A stretch of 64,000 bases of DNA. Source: Proteromonas lacertae. Its lineage: Eukaryota. Location of the stretch: contig NGBS01000588.1 of assembly GCA_002245135.1 (NCBI GenBank), positions 124,001 through 188,000 of the forward strand, given 5' to 3'. Positions 1 through 13,671 of the stretch are shown one piece after another. A model generated the notes under the pieces. The model saw nothing but the letters and a program-made list of their open reading frames with translations. It was not told the origin of the DNA and made no database searches. Both the position numbers and the translations under genes were made by a program. Positions within the stretch are counted from its first letter, which is position 1, and each line of letters opens with the position of its first letter.

Positions 1-499
1 GAATTTATTGGAGTTATAATTGACATGTAGTGCTAAAGAATTTTTAAGAAAAAAAATATAGGTTGGTTTTTAATATTGTTTAAACACTATTACTATTTTT
101 CTAAGTGCTTATTTTATTATATTAAATGTCATTATGGGGAAATGTTTTATTACTATAGCTTAGGATATAACATTTAAAGCGACAAACTAAATTCTATAAG
201 TAAAGTAAGGTTGATTTTATCACATAAATTAATGAATAATGGTTTAATAATCTATGTGTAATTTATGATTAGTCTAAAAATTAATTGGAAAATAGTATAA
301 AATAAATCAAATATTTAATATTTAATATTATAATAGTATATATTTAATCATCCTATCACTTTAACATAAACGAAATGTCAATTTAAAAAATCACAACTAT
401 CAACTACATAAAATCAAAGTAAAATAAATAAATAAATACTAAAATCTGAATATCCTAACATATATAACTATGTTTAATGGATAAACTACCAAACTATTT

Positions 500-1655
500 C
501 TATTTGCTACAAACAGAAGATGGGTATGGAACTATTTTATTCACAACCATTCCAAGTGAATATTTATTATTATATGATCCACAAGAAGAACCTCTAGAAG
601 TATGATTATTATCATGAGATGTAGAAAATGATGTAAAACATGTAGAACCTCTTTTAGAATAACCAAATCTTTGTTTAATTTGAAAAAGTAGATTGATTCT
701 TGCTTTATGTGGAGAACAATCTATACAAAAATCGTAATGATATGGCGGTGGTTTATTTGTAAAAACAATTCTAACACATTTACTAAAACATCTTTCTCTT
801 TTTGGTGGAGATAAATGTAAAGTGGAAAAGTTCATTTCTGGATTTACTTTATACATATTATGTATTTCATAGTTATAATAATTCTTTCTTGCTATTATGT
901 TTTTCATTGTTTCATCATCAAATGTGTATTTCTTTATATTTAATTTTATTTTGTGAACTGCTGTTAAATATGTGTGACAATCCCTCATGTAATTGATAAA
1001 TAATTTAATGTCATACATATCAGAACAACTATAAATATGTTAAAATTAATAATAATAAATACTGAGGAGAAGAAAAACCACTTCTTTCTAAAAATATAAA
1101 AAGGTCTTTACTATAAACAAGACTAAAACCAAAATATCTTAAAAACCTATTCACTTGCTCTTTAGTAATTAATAAATTACTTGTTACTCCACACATTGAA
1201 AGTAATACTGACAATATATCATCGCTGTTATAGAAAAGGAAGAAACAGACAAATAGTACAAAATCATTACAGCTGATGGTATTATCTATAAAGAAATTTC
1301 GAACAAAACCTATATTTTCTGGTTCAAAGTAAGATTCCATCTCAGCTTTTGTTATATGGTTATTTTCCGAATTATTACTCCAGAGAGTAAGATATGAACT
1401 GACTATTGTATTCACTTCATAGTTGTTTACTATATATTTTAGATAATAACTACATATATCATACAAAAAAGTGTTTTGCATATTGATAGCGTTAGATGTG
1501 TAACTGGAACATAAAGGATTTGATCTCTATAGTTGTACTGATGTTGAAGTAGATCATAAGCAACTTTCTAAACCACATAAAAATGATAATGATACATAAT
1601 CAGATGATGTTGGCTCTATAGTGGCTTTTGAGCTAGTTGGAGTAATTAAAGACAT
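500..1655 (-). CDS. Degenerate EF-hand-like protein, tandem paralog 1 (4 exons)
   Basis: ATG at 1655 (MSLITPTSS). Three short GT-AG introns (the first two 28 and 35 nt) join ORFs 1029-1481 and 500-1018 in frame. Similar to the next two genes throughout (CFSKCVRIVFTNKPPPYHYDFC). Confidence 0.85.
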
Positions 1656-2129
1656 AAAATGAAGAAATTTTATTAAAAGAAATGTTTTTTACCGTTACAC
1701 ATTCAACACATATTTGATCATTCGTCTGCGTTATAATATAAAATTCTATTGAACATTAATCATCTACAAACCTCGGAAATGGAGTAACTTGCAACAAATA
1801 ACCATATCAGTGAAGGATATTACACGTTATGATTACAATAATAAAACTTTATATTAGTATATGATATATTAACCGAAACTAAAAATATAATTCAAAGTAA
1901 ACAGTGAGTTTTTATTCATTAACTCAAAATATGGATGTATAAGCAGAGTAGTGATTAATTTATAGAACTATAACGCACTTGGCCATTTTATAACTTATCA
2001 AGATAGTGATTTATGAATATTTGCAGCATTTAGTTATTCTGTCAATAGACACAATAATAAAATATAATAAATATATAAAAATCTACTAATAAATAATCCT
2101 ATTTTATTTAAAATAAATAAAGAACAAAA

Positions 2130-3307
2130 TCAAGTTAACTTACTTACACAATCAGATGAATAAGGAGTTATCCTGTTTTTATTATTTACCAATGAGTAAT
2201 ATCTCATATTTGACGGTGCAGGTTGCGAATTGTCTTTTTGCTTGTTGGAACTATGAGATTGTGTTACTGAAAACGATGTAAAACCAGTGGAACTATTTCT
2301 TCTGGAATATCCAAATCGTTGTTTTATTTGATATAATATATTAGATTTGGCTTTAAATGGAGAACAGTCAATGCAATAATCAAAGTGATATGGATGTGGT
2401 TTGTTGGTAAACAACACTCTGATACATTTACTACAACAATTTTCAACTTTTGGAGTTAAATGAATTGTAGTAATACTCACATCTGGACTATCTTTATACA
2501 TATCGTCAAATACAGAATTATAGTAATTTGTTTTTGCTATAATGTTTTTGAGTGTTTTATTGTCAAATATAAACATCCCAATTTCATATTTTAGGTTTTG
2601 AATTGTAGCTATGTATGTATGAGAATTCTTCATATAACTTGTGAATAATTTAATGCTATACACTATCAGATGAAGTGCTGCTACTATATTAATAATTATA
2701 AATAAACAATTGATACTCAGGAAATGAAGAAAACGAACTTTCTAAAAAAATGAAAAGATCTCTGGAAAATGTTTCACTAAATCCAAAATTGCTTAAAAAC
2801 TTAAGCACTTGTTCTTTGGTTATAATTAAGTTACTTGTAACACCGCTCATTGCTAATAATACAGACAATATATCTTCAGAGCTATAAAACAAGAAAAAAC
2901 AAACAAATATTACAAAATTATTGCAGTTGATAGTGTTTTCTGGAAAAAAATATCTAATAAATCCTTGATTACATGTTTCAAAACATAATTCCAATTCATT
3001 TTTTGTAATACCGCTTTTATCTTGTTTTTTACTCCATAAAATGAGATATGCTCCTATTATTATATTAATTTCATAATTATTTACTAAATTAATAGATTAG
3101 TGTAAAAAGAATATACAGAACAGGGTTTTGCATATTGATTCTGCAAGATGAATTATTGGGTAGAAAAGGATTTGATTATTATCATTAGTGTGTTGTTGAA
3201 ACTGTTCATAAGCATCTTTCTATGCATTACAAAGTTATAAACAATACGTAATTAACATTTATTAACTGTATTGCACTTTTCAAACTTATAGGAGTTATTA
3301 ATGACAT
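2130..3307 (-). CDS. Degenerate EF-hand-like protein, tandem paralog 2
   Basis: ATG at 3307 (MSLITP). Same exon layout as paralog 1; motif CCSKCIRVLFTNKPHPYHFDYC. Confidence 0.85.
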
Positions 3308-3928
3308 GGAATTGGTAATATTCTTAAAAAAACTGAAATTTGGATTTTCTAATTTTGTCGTTACACACTAGAACTAACAGATGTATGATAAATAGTAATA
3401 TACTAATTGTTAAAGTACATCGTTTACAGTCTATTAATACAAAATATACAGTATATAGAATAAGGTAAAGAAATTAAAAATATATGTAACCTAACCGATT
3501 TGATGATGTAAGTAACGTAATATAATATTACATACCAGCACATGGTTAATTTATAGATTTTATTACAAGCTTAATAGAGAGATTTAAAACACTTTCGCTT
3601 TACACTAAAATATACGCAGAAAAATAAATATATATGGAAGTATATATGAAAATATCTATTATTTTATTTAGTATATAAAATCAGTCAACATAAACAGTAA
3701 AATGAAATTCACTCTACGTAGAGTGAAAGTACCTTAATAAATGTGCTTATTTAAGTTATATATACCAGTAAATTACAACCAATTGAGAGTTTTTGTAAAA
3801 ACACAAAATTCAACTATATTCCTCTTTCCAAAATGATAAACAATATAAAAGGGTTTAATATTTGCACATATAAATTATATCTATTTATTATACTATCATG
3901 ATAATTAAATATAGAAAAGTCAAATTGC

Positions 3929-5104
3929 TTATTTACTCAAAGAAGCAGAAGTATAAGGAGTTATTTTGTTTCCGCTGTTTCTTAATGAATTAATCATTGT
4001 GTTTGGCGCAGTAAATTGTGAGTTATCTCTATTTTTGTGTGACATTTGAATTTGTGATATTGTAATTGATTTAAAGCAGGTTGAACTACTTCTTCTAGAA
4101 TATCCATATCGCTGTTTCATTTGATATACTACATTTGATCTTGCTTGGTGTGGATTGCAGTCAACACAGTAATCGTAGTGATACGGAGGTGGTTTGTTGG
4201 TAAACAACACTCTGATACATTTATTACAACAGTTTTCAACTAAAGGCTCAGCTAAATGAATTGCTGCAATGATTACATCTGGATTTTCTTTGCACATTTT
4301 ATCTATCAAATAGTCATAATAATTCGTTTTTGCTATTATATTATTGAATGTCTTACTGTCAAATAATAACATCTTAATTTCCATTTTAAGGTTGTGGATT
4401 GCAGATAAAAATGTATTACAATTTTTCATATATTTAACAAATAGTTTAATGTCATATACATCAGATGAAGCGCAGCTATTGATGTTATAGAATAATAATA
4501 AAAAAATTATACTCAGGATATGAAGTATAAGTAATCTGTAAAAATGTGAAAAGAATTCGAAAATTTGCATCACTAAATCCAAAATTACTTAAAAATTTAT
4601 TTACCTGTTCTTTTGTTATTATCAAGTTGCTTGACACACCGCTCATTGCTAGCATCACAGACAATATGTCTTCAGTTTTGTAGAATAAGTAAAATAATAC
4701 AAATAACACAAAATCATTACAACTGATAATGTTTTCTATGAAAAAACTATTTATAAATCCTCTAATTTCTGGACCAAAACATGATTCTATATACCTCTTT
4801 GTTATACCATTTTTATCTGGATTTTTACTCCACAAAATAAGATATGCACTGACAATTATATTAATTTCATAGTTATTTACTACATTATTATACTTTCAAA
4901 GAGATAAAATATACGAAACAACGTTTTACACATCAATTCCGAGAGTTGAATAATTGGATAATAAAGCATGTGATTTTTATCAGTATTATGTCTCTGAAAC
5001 AGATGATATGCTTCGTTCTAATTAGTGTAGTGTAATAACAATACATAATTACGAATTATTGATTCTGTTTCGTTTTTTGCGTTTGTAGGAGTTATAATCG
5101 ACAT
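3929..5104 (-). CDS. Degenerate EF-hand-like protein, tandem paralog 3
   Basis: ATG at 5104 (MSIITP). Same exon layout; motif CCNKCIRVLFTNKPPPYHYDYC. Confidence 0.85.
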
Positions 5105-5760
5105 TTTGTATGTTAAATTTTTGAAGAAAACAAAGCTGAAATGGTCTTTTTGTCAGTTACACAATAGAAATCATTGATATAGGATGAATGAAGTTTATTT
5201 GTATATATACACATTATATATGTATTATTATCATTATTTGTGAAGAAAATATAATCACAAGTAAATATGAGGATGAATGTAAGAGATTTAAAAACTATAT
5301 ACTATTATATTGGATATATATCATTTGCATGACTGTTAAACTAATCAATATCACAATTATAATTATATTTTTTATTCATTAACCAATTTTTCAACATCTG
5401 TTACATTTATTTATGTGTACTATTGCTTTTATATTGAATTAATATATATGCTACATGCAGAAGGACATGGATCTATGATATAAAGTGTTACTTAAGAAAA
5501 GGTAAAACGAGTAGCACTCTCCGTTTAAACACCCAGATCGCTACATTATTTGATTTGCTACGCTCATGGTTGCAAATGGTCAGTTAGTAAATGATAATCC
5601 TTAATAAATATTAACAACTATCTCTCTTTGAGAAAATAACTGTATTGTTGAGATCTTTATCTCACGATTAAGGTATAGAAATGAAGAATACATATGAAAG
5701 TAGTCAAATCAAATTAATTGAAAATAATCATAACCAATAAATTAGAATAGAATATCCTAA

Positions 5761-7138
5761 TTAAACTTCATCAACATGATCATCTTGAGAATAATATCTC
5801 ATTTCACCACTCAATTTTCTTTCGTATTTTTGAATATACTTTTCTTTTTGACCACTTATTCGATCAATTATTGTTCGAACTGTAAAACTACTCGGACTTT
5901 TAAATTCTTGATAAATTCCCATTTCTTGAGGAACTTTGAATTCATCAGTGTATTTTGGATCACTTGCACATTCAGGTTTTGGTTTTTCACTAGTTGTTCC
6001 TCTTACAACTAAATTAATATGTAAACTGTTTATTAAATCTTTCGTTATAACCCAAGGACAACCCATTATTACATCATCTACATATTTGATAGCTAATAAA
6101 CTCAGACTTCTTTCATGAACATTCATTATTGGATAACCAGCTCCCATCTTTTCACATACTGTTTCATCATCATGAATACCAACATATAAGAAATCACCCA
6201 TCGATTTCGCTACTCTTAATGCTTCTACATGACCAGGATGTAATACATCAAATGAACCAGTAATTAATACTATTCTATCACCTTTCTATTTCAATATATT
6301 ATTATTATTATTATTTATACATTAGGTTTTCTTTTACCTCCACTAAATTCAATATATCTCCACAATGTTGGCAACATTTTGATTTGCTTCAATGGTGTAC
6401 CTCTTTTCATACTATTTCACAATAATATAATAATAATAATAATAAATTAATTCAAAATTATAAATATATATTTATATTTATACTCATAAGTGTCATCTAA
6501 AGTCAACAATATTCTTCCCAATAAATCTGTTGTTGAAATTCCTTCTGTTCTTTTTACAATCTTCATAGCTCCTCTTCTTTTGAACTCTGCATATGTATCT
6601 TGACCATCAACAGTGATTAAATCATCACCATGTATGACATAATCAATACATTCATTATTTAATAAATAATCCACATAGTTATTGTCAGGGACATATGGCA
6701 TGTTATCTATTATGTCTTTCACAAATCTTAAACTGCTCATTATTATTTTTCTTTCTTCATAAGTGTAAATTGTACTTCCCTTAATTCTCTCGACATCTTT
6801 TTGATCATCTAGTGCGATTACACAATCACCGTATCTTGCTGCTTGTCTTATTGCATTAAAATGTCTATATTATCAAGATAATCTTCAATTTATACCCATA
6901 ATGGCAAACATCAAACACACCATCAAGAAGAACTCTATCTACCTTCTATAAATAAAATATTAAGCACAACACTACATACTTTATTCTCTTTATTTTCTCC
7001 GTCATCATAATTTGACTTTTCTAATTTTTTCAAAGCTCTTCTGAGATTTTCTTTCTCTTTACGTCCATCCAAATAGAGTTTCAACAAATAAACAAGCCCA
7101 CAGCTTAAAAATAACACTGCAAAACTAAGAACTTCCAT
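5761..7138 (-). CDS. PCYT2: Ethanolamine-phosphate cytidylyltransferase, copy A, with N-terminal membrane anchor
   Basis: Two cytidylyltransferase domains: DGVFDVCHYG|HFNAIRQA (HxGH split by an intron), RTEGISTTDLLGRIL and GSFDVLHPGHVEAL. Hydrophobic N-terminus. Confidence 0.93.
5817..6386 (-). repeat. Near-identical inverted repeat, arm 1 (3' half of PCYT2 copy A)
   Basis: Reverse complement matches 11537-12122 almost base for base, including an intron, apart from a divergent patch of about 45 nt. Confidence 0.93.
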
Positions 7139-7317
7139 TGTCAATTAAGGTAATTGACGGTATTAATGTTTAATACTCAATTTTGAACCATTTATTAATT
7201 TTTTAAATATCCTAACTTTATATATTTTTATATTGGATTTAATGAATACAAAAAAAGGTGAAAAATTATCACTAAAATATAAATAATTCTAATCTCCTTA
7301 CGAAAGAGACAACAAGA

Positions 7318-8690
7318 TTATTGAAAACTACTAAAAGCACTGTAAGCACTTGAATTACATGTAGCAAACATGAAATTATATAATGGCATTAGAAACTCTT
7401 CTAAAATTATTAAAAACTTAAGCCTTGATAAAATCCATTCAGAAGTAGGTATATCAGAGAATTCTCTATGTTCTGCAGACATATCTTCATTAATTAAAAT
7501 ACTGCTTGTAGATAAAATCAATATAGATCCATTTGTTGAATTGATAGTTATATTATCAGGTCTCATTGTAGTGGATATATGATTGAATACTGTAAAGAAG
7601 AAAATATCCCATTTTCTCTTCCACATCTCAATTGGAGCAGGAATTTGTGATCTTAAGCAATTCTGAAAGTATGATTTTAATTCAGGGATATAAGGACATG
7701 TAAAAATCGTAGTATTATCGTTACAATTAACCTGCTCACTATTAGAACTGTTCTCATTCATTTCTTTATTGATTTGATTATTTAAATTAACTTGCTGAGG
7801 TATTTGAAGCTGTTGTTGTTGTTGTTGTTGTTCTAATGGTAGTGATAAAGGTATATGTTGTTGTGGCTGAGGTGGAGGAGTTTCATTTACTTTTTCCTGT
7901 TGTTTATGAATCCCTGTTGATATATTAGTGAATATAGGTTGAGGAGGTGAATGTAGAGGTGAAAGTGGAGGAGAAGGTGGAGGGGAAGGTGGAGGGGAAG
8001 ATTTTTCATTCTTTTCTGAAGAGTCATGTGTCTTTGATGGAGTTTCAGGTATTGTATCTGTTGGAGGATTATGCATAAACCTTGTTTTAGCCAAATAAAT
8101 GCCAATTCTACAGTTGCTGGCATATATTTCTTCTTGTTTAAAATTAACATTTAAACATACATTTTTATGGCAATGGCATGCTCTATATTGTACACTTGTT
8201 GTGCTACGAGTAATTGTTGCAATTGACATATTCTTTTTTATTAGATCGGAAGCTAATGAGAGATTTGAACTATCATCAACTACAACATAAATCTAAACAT
8301 CATTAGTATAATAAAAAAGCTATACTTTGTTGGTGCATGTGATTTTATTGTCATCTGCTTCTAGTTTTACACTATACTTCATAATATGTGTAGAGAAACT
8401 GAAAATTATCTTAGCATACTCAGTAATGCTGAAATAATCTTTACATTGAAGCTATGACTAAAGAATTAGTAAAATACGTTATTCAAAGTTACTATTATAA
8501 TTCGGTCCGCTGGAATTTCAATTAAATTATGAACTTTACAGACTCTTGTCCATGTAGTAGGTCTTCCCTGGTGATCAGGTTCATTGAAGTGCGAAATATG
8601 GCACTTAACTTGTCTTCTCCCTTCCAGCAGCTCATATCCTCTACATACAAAATATTGCCTAGAATTCTCCTTTCTTGAGTGGCTGCTCAT
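7318..8690 (-). CDS. Hypothetical protein with Pro/Gln-rich linker
   Basis: ATG at 8690. GT-AG introns near 8451-8477 and 8292-8324 link to ORF 7318-8229. No family recognised. Confidence 0.7.
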
Positions 8691-9033
8691 AATATATTCA
8701 CAATTTTTTAATCTGAAGGCTTGAATATCCCAAACTTTCTAATTTGAACATAATTTATTGGATTTATTTAAATAGTGTGATAATATATATATATATAATA
8801 TGAAAATTGTTTTTTCTTGATTGTTTTTCATCGATTCTATCATATGCCCACATTTAAATAAAATCTCGTTTCAAAATTGGAGCAAATATATTAGTTATAT
8901 AATTAGTATACACTATATCATGTTTATATTTAAAACTACAAAACAAATTATTTAAAATCCTCTTCATCAAATTTTTAAAACCATACAAACACGGTTATGA
9001 TATATCACAATGGTTAAAATATAATTACATAAA

Positions 9034-9777
9034 TCATGTAGAAGTAATGTTATTAAGTGGGGTGGTGATTATCTCAATATACCCATCCTCTTTATTTTCT
9101 ATATATTCAGCAGTAAAAACAAACGTAGCATGCATTTCTACCCAATATTCACTAGGATTATTTTGGTTAGCAATACGATACGTCATTTCAGTTGTCATTC
9201 TAACATAAGGACCCTTCTGTTCTGACATTTCACCATCTTCTGATTGTTTAGTCGATGTAATAGTATAACAGAGAGGCGAATTAGAGGATAAATTCACAGA
9301 TAAAAATGTCTAATTACAGATTATTTTGAAATTATATATATACATATTGTGTTTTACTTGTTAATTTCGATATTGCTATTAATATATCCTCACTGAATTG
9401 TGTTCTTAATGTTCTATACAGTATTTTCTTTGCAAAAATTATCATATCTATAGTATCGATCACTCCGGTGCAGTTGTCAATTAAAGTACATATAAACCTC
9501 GATATAATAATATCAGCTATATTTTTACCTGGAATATCACTGCCAAATCGATTTCCATTAATCTCAATAGTATCGTGTTTTAAATCTTCATATATTGACT
9601 CATAGGAGTTATAATAATCATCATTATTATTCACATGATCTGTTTTGAAATAATGAACCCAATATAAGGGGATTTTTAGTTTTTCTGGAATACTATACAA
9701 AACGGATAGATATTCAGAAAGTGAAGATGAATTTTCTATTTGTGAACTTAAATTCTCAAATACAGTAACGTCACTAT

Positions 9778-9818
<41 letters not shown>

Positions 9819-10640
9819 TAATACGCTTTATATTGATATTCAATATTGCGAAATGATCTTACAATACTATCTACCCATTGTCTTCGTTCTTCAAACGTTG
9901 CTGAATTGAATTCTATTAGTTTTTCACCAATACTATTTTCTATACAAAATGCATATTGATTATCATCTGAAAATAGCTCAGGACGACATGTATAATCTCT
10001 TTCTAACAAAATGACTATAAATTATATTATATTATATTAATAAAAGTATACATTGCTCTTCTATATATTCTAAATAATTATCTGGCTCTTTATAAAACCA
10101 TGATAACTTTCCTGGAGTAATTACTATAAATCTTTTTGAAAATTTTGTACCTCTTGACATTTCTAGCCAACCATATCTTATTATCTCATTACCTGATGTT
10201 AAGCCAATGGGTTTAGCTAATTCTCCTATATTTGGAGATAAATCAGCTAAAAATGTAAAAATTAGAGAAATTATATACGTAATGGTTCTAAAAATCTGTA
10301 TTGTTGTTGTTGAGTTTGTGTGTATACAGCTAACTGGAATGATGCCTTTGCAAATTCATCTCTTTCAGCTTCACATTTTGCTATATCCTCATATAATTTC
10401 TAATATTGTTTATTAAAATAGCTACATTATACATTAATTTCTTTATCAGTAAAATCTGTTCTTACAACACGAGGGTATAACAGAGAATCATAAATCTGGT
10501 ATAAGTAAATAAAATAAATTTGATACAGCTTGTAATCTTTTCTCATAGTGTTCAATTTCGTTATGTAAATCAATATCAAACACTGTTGATCCTCTAGTTA
10601 GTGTTGGCATTGATCCTTTCCTTGAATGACCACTTGACAT
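9034..10640 (-). CDS. PH-domain protein (multi-exon)
   Basis: Spliced from ATG 10640. PH signature IIRYGWLEMSRGTKFSKRFIVI...IEFNSATFEERRQWVDSI. Confidence 0.8.
9781..9820. repeat. (AAT)n microsatellite inside an intron
   Basis: About 12 AAT units. Similar tracts occur in introns at 11608-11637 and 38172-38205. Confidence 0.9.
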
Positions 10641-10787
10641 TATCACCACTATCTATAGCTACTATATTTCGATATGAAAATAACTTAAAATACTTCCTGA
10701 GGTTATAAAATCCTTAAACTTATAATTCTAAATGTTTGATTCCTAGTTTGTTTGATTTTTATTTTGTAATTCATTTTTATTTTTTTC

Positions 10788-11607
10788 ATGGAAACTTGGG
10801 ATATAATACTGCATACAGTTGTGACTGGTGCTGCAGTATACTTATTGTTAAAATTGAATGAATATTACCAAAAATATCAAGAGCTTTTGAAAAGAACTAA
10901 ATTAGAAGAAGAAAGCAAAAATGTATATATTAATTGTTATATTAGTATAAACAATCCAAAGAATCTAATGAGACTGATACTGTATGCTTTGTTCTAATTC
11001 ATTTATAGTGTAATGACCTTGTTTTCCTAGATGGATGTTTCGATATGACACATTATGGGTATATATACCAAAATATGCAATAAAAAATAATAGACATTTC
11101 AATGCAATCAGACAAGCTTCAAAAATAGGTCGTTGTGTATTAGGCATGAATCCAGATGACGAAGTAGAAGCTGCAAAAGGTAAACCAATATATACATACG
11201 CTGAGCGTAGAATAATGATGAATGCTCTTCGATTTATTGATAGAATTGAAGATAATGTTCCATATCAAATGAATACTAAATATCTCGATTATTTATTCAA
11301 CCAAAAACATATTGATTTTGTATTACATGGAGATGATCCTTGTTTGGATTCTGAAGGTAATGATGTTTATGCTGAAACAAAGAGAATGAATAAAATGAAA
11401 ATAATTAAAAGAACAGAAGGTATTTCAACAACAGATATTATTGGTAGAATATTATTAGCTACAGATCCAAATTATAAGTATTATTTATTTATTTATTTTT
11501 ATTATAAGACCACCTGAAAAGTATAGTGCAAGAAATCAAATCAAAATGTTGCCAACATTGTGGAGATATATTGAATTTAGTGGAGGTAAAAGAAAACCTA
11601 ATGTATA

Positions 11608-11638
<31 letters not shown>

Positions 11639-12175
11639 TATTGAAATAGAAAGGCGATAGAATAGTATTAATTACTGGTTCATTTGATGTATTACATCCT
11701 GGTCATGTAGAAGCATTAAGAGTAGCGAAATCGATGGGTGATTTCTTATATGTTGGTATTCATGATGATGAAACAGTATGTGAAAAGATGGGAGCTGGTT
11801 ATCCAATAATGAATGTTCATGAAAGAAGTCTGAGTTTATTAGCTATCAAATATGTAGATGATGTAATAATGGGTTGTCCTTGGGTTATAACGAAAGATTT
11901 AATAAACAGTTTACATATTAATTTAGGTGGTTCATGGTACAACTAGTGAACAACCTCAGCCTGAATGTGAAAATGATCCAAAATACACTGATGAATTCAA
12001 AGTTCCTCAAGAAATGGGAATTTATCAAGAATTTAAAAGTCCTAGTAGTTTTACAGTTCGAACAATAATTGATCGAATAAGTGGTCAAAAAGAAAAGTAT
12101 ATTCAAAAATACGAAAGAAAATTAAGTGCTGAAGAGAATTATTATGAAGCTGATGAACATGTTGATGAAGTATAA
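10788..12175 (+). CDS. PCYT2: Ethanolamine-phosphate cytidylyltransferase, copy B, with one apparent +1 frameshift near 11926
   Basis: DGCFDMTHYG|HFNAIRQA, RTEGISTTDIIGRIL, GSFDVLHPGH. Removing one G in TTAGGTGGTT restores LVVHGTTSE, which matches LVVRGTTSE in copy A. Confidence 0.9.
11537..12122 (+). repeat. Near-identical inverted repeat, arm 2 (3' half of PCYT2 copy B)
   Basis: Matches arm 1. The shared intron differs only in (AAT)n copy number. Confidence 0.93.
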
Positions 12176-12247
12176 TTAGTAGTTATTGATAATGAATATA
12201 ATTATCTTCTTTTTTGTTTTTATATATCAATATCAAATAGAAAAATA

Positions 12248-13576
12248 TCACTTAATATTGAAGAATTCTATTGATAATTCTTTTTTTTCTTCTTCTGTTA
12301 TTCCATCTATTTTGATTATTCCAATTGTTGAAAATGTTTCTAAAAATGATTCTAATTCTGTTTTATCTATATTTTATTTTACTGTTATTGATAATTCAAC
12401 TAAACAATCAAATATTACTTTATTCTCTTTCATTAAAATCTAAATAAGATTCTTCACTGTTAATATCTTTACAACCATCATAAACATGAAACTTCATTTG
12501 TCTTATCATTTCATAATCTCCTTTATATATTCTCATCATCAATAGCATCGATAATATTCTCTCGTTTGGTTTATTATTGTAATATTCAACCAATTCATCT
12601 CGAATATTCTCTCTTTTGTTTGCTTCAAGATAATATTCTCCTTGAGAAGTATTACATGATATTTCCATCATATAATCATTATTGTAAAATATCTCTTTTC
12701 TTTCATTACACATCATTACATAATTATTATCATCTCTCAATTTTTCACACACTTTTATCATTTCTTTTCTCAACTCATTCAAACTCAATCTATCTTCACT
12801 CTTCACTTTTAATATACTTTCTATAATTTCTTTCATTACTTCATCACATTCTACATCATAACTGTATTTACATTTCATAATATTCTCTTTTGTTTTATTC
12901 ATATTATTATCTTCATTAAATGGTATTTTCTTATTTATCATTTCATATAATATACAACCAATTGACCATATCACACTTCTTTCATTACATTCCATGTCAT
13001 TCAACTCTTCTGGGCTTTTGAAACAAACATCATATATTCTCACATCTTCTTTTCTCAATACATTCAAACATAAATCACATATCTTTATTTCATTACCATC
13101 TTCTTCATATTCTATATTACTACTCTTTAAATTACCAAATGTTACTCCACATTCATTCAAAATCATTAAGTTATCACATAATCTACATATCACTCTACAA
13201 ATATCATCATTTGAAAGAGATTTCCTTTGAATTATCTCTTCTACGTCTCTCAAATAATAGTCTCTTTCTACTATCATATATTTACTTGCATCATTCGAGT
13301 GTAATACCATTGAAGGACAGAGTAAGGATGAACAACTCTCTAACAAAAATGAGCTATTCTCACAGTATTTCAATATCTTCTTTTCTTTTATTTCACTAAA
13401 ATTTAGAATTTTCACCTTTTTAACACAATTTCTATGTTCAACTAACAAATTGACTTCATTACTACACCTTTCTACTCTCTCTATTATCTACAAATATAAA
13501 TCAATTAAAATACTTGAGTGTTACTTGGCAATGCTGAGGATAATACATCATCTACTAAAGATTTTAAGCAAAACAT
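12248..13576 (-). CDS. Pseudokinase-domain protein of the modular family; 3' end uncertain or disrupted
   Basis: Kinase fold with TFGNLKSSNI (no catalytic Asp), ICDL, KSPEE and SVIWSIGCILYEM. Stop at 12420 is followed by an intron-like segment and a further exon. Confidence 0.7.
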
Positions 13577-13671
13577 CTTCCAAACCTGTTTGATACTCTC
13601 AAAAAATAGAGTGAGTGAGATATAAAAATCATGAATATCTCATGTATCTATAAATAATAATCGAAATAAAA

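Noticed and set aside
5188..5382. 64-aa ORF weakly resembling the linker helix of the modular family
   Set aside because: Similarity is too weak in AT-rich sequence and there are no flanking domains.
5500..5590. Locally GC-richer intergenic stretch with short stems, possible ncRNA
   Set aside because: Stems are only about 5 bp and no recognisable snRNA, snoRNA or tRNA boxes are present.
8660..10640. Neighbouring genes begin MSSHSRK and MSSGHSRK
   Set aside because: No similarity beyond seven or eight residues; probably chance.
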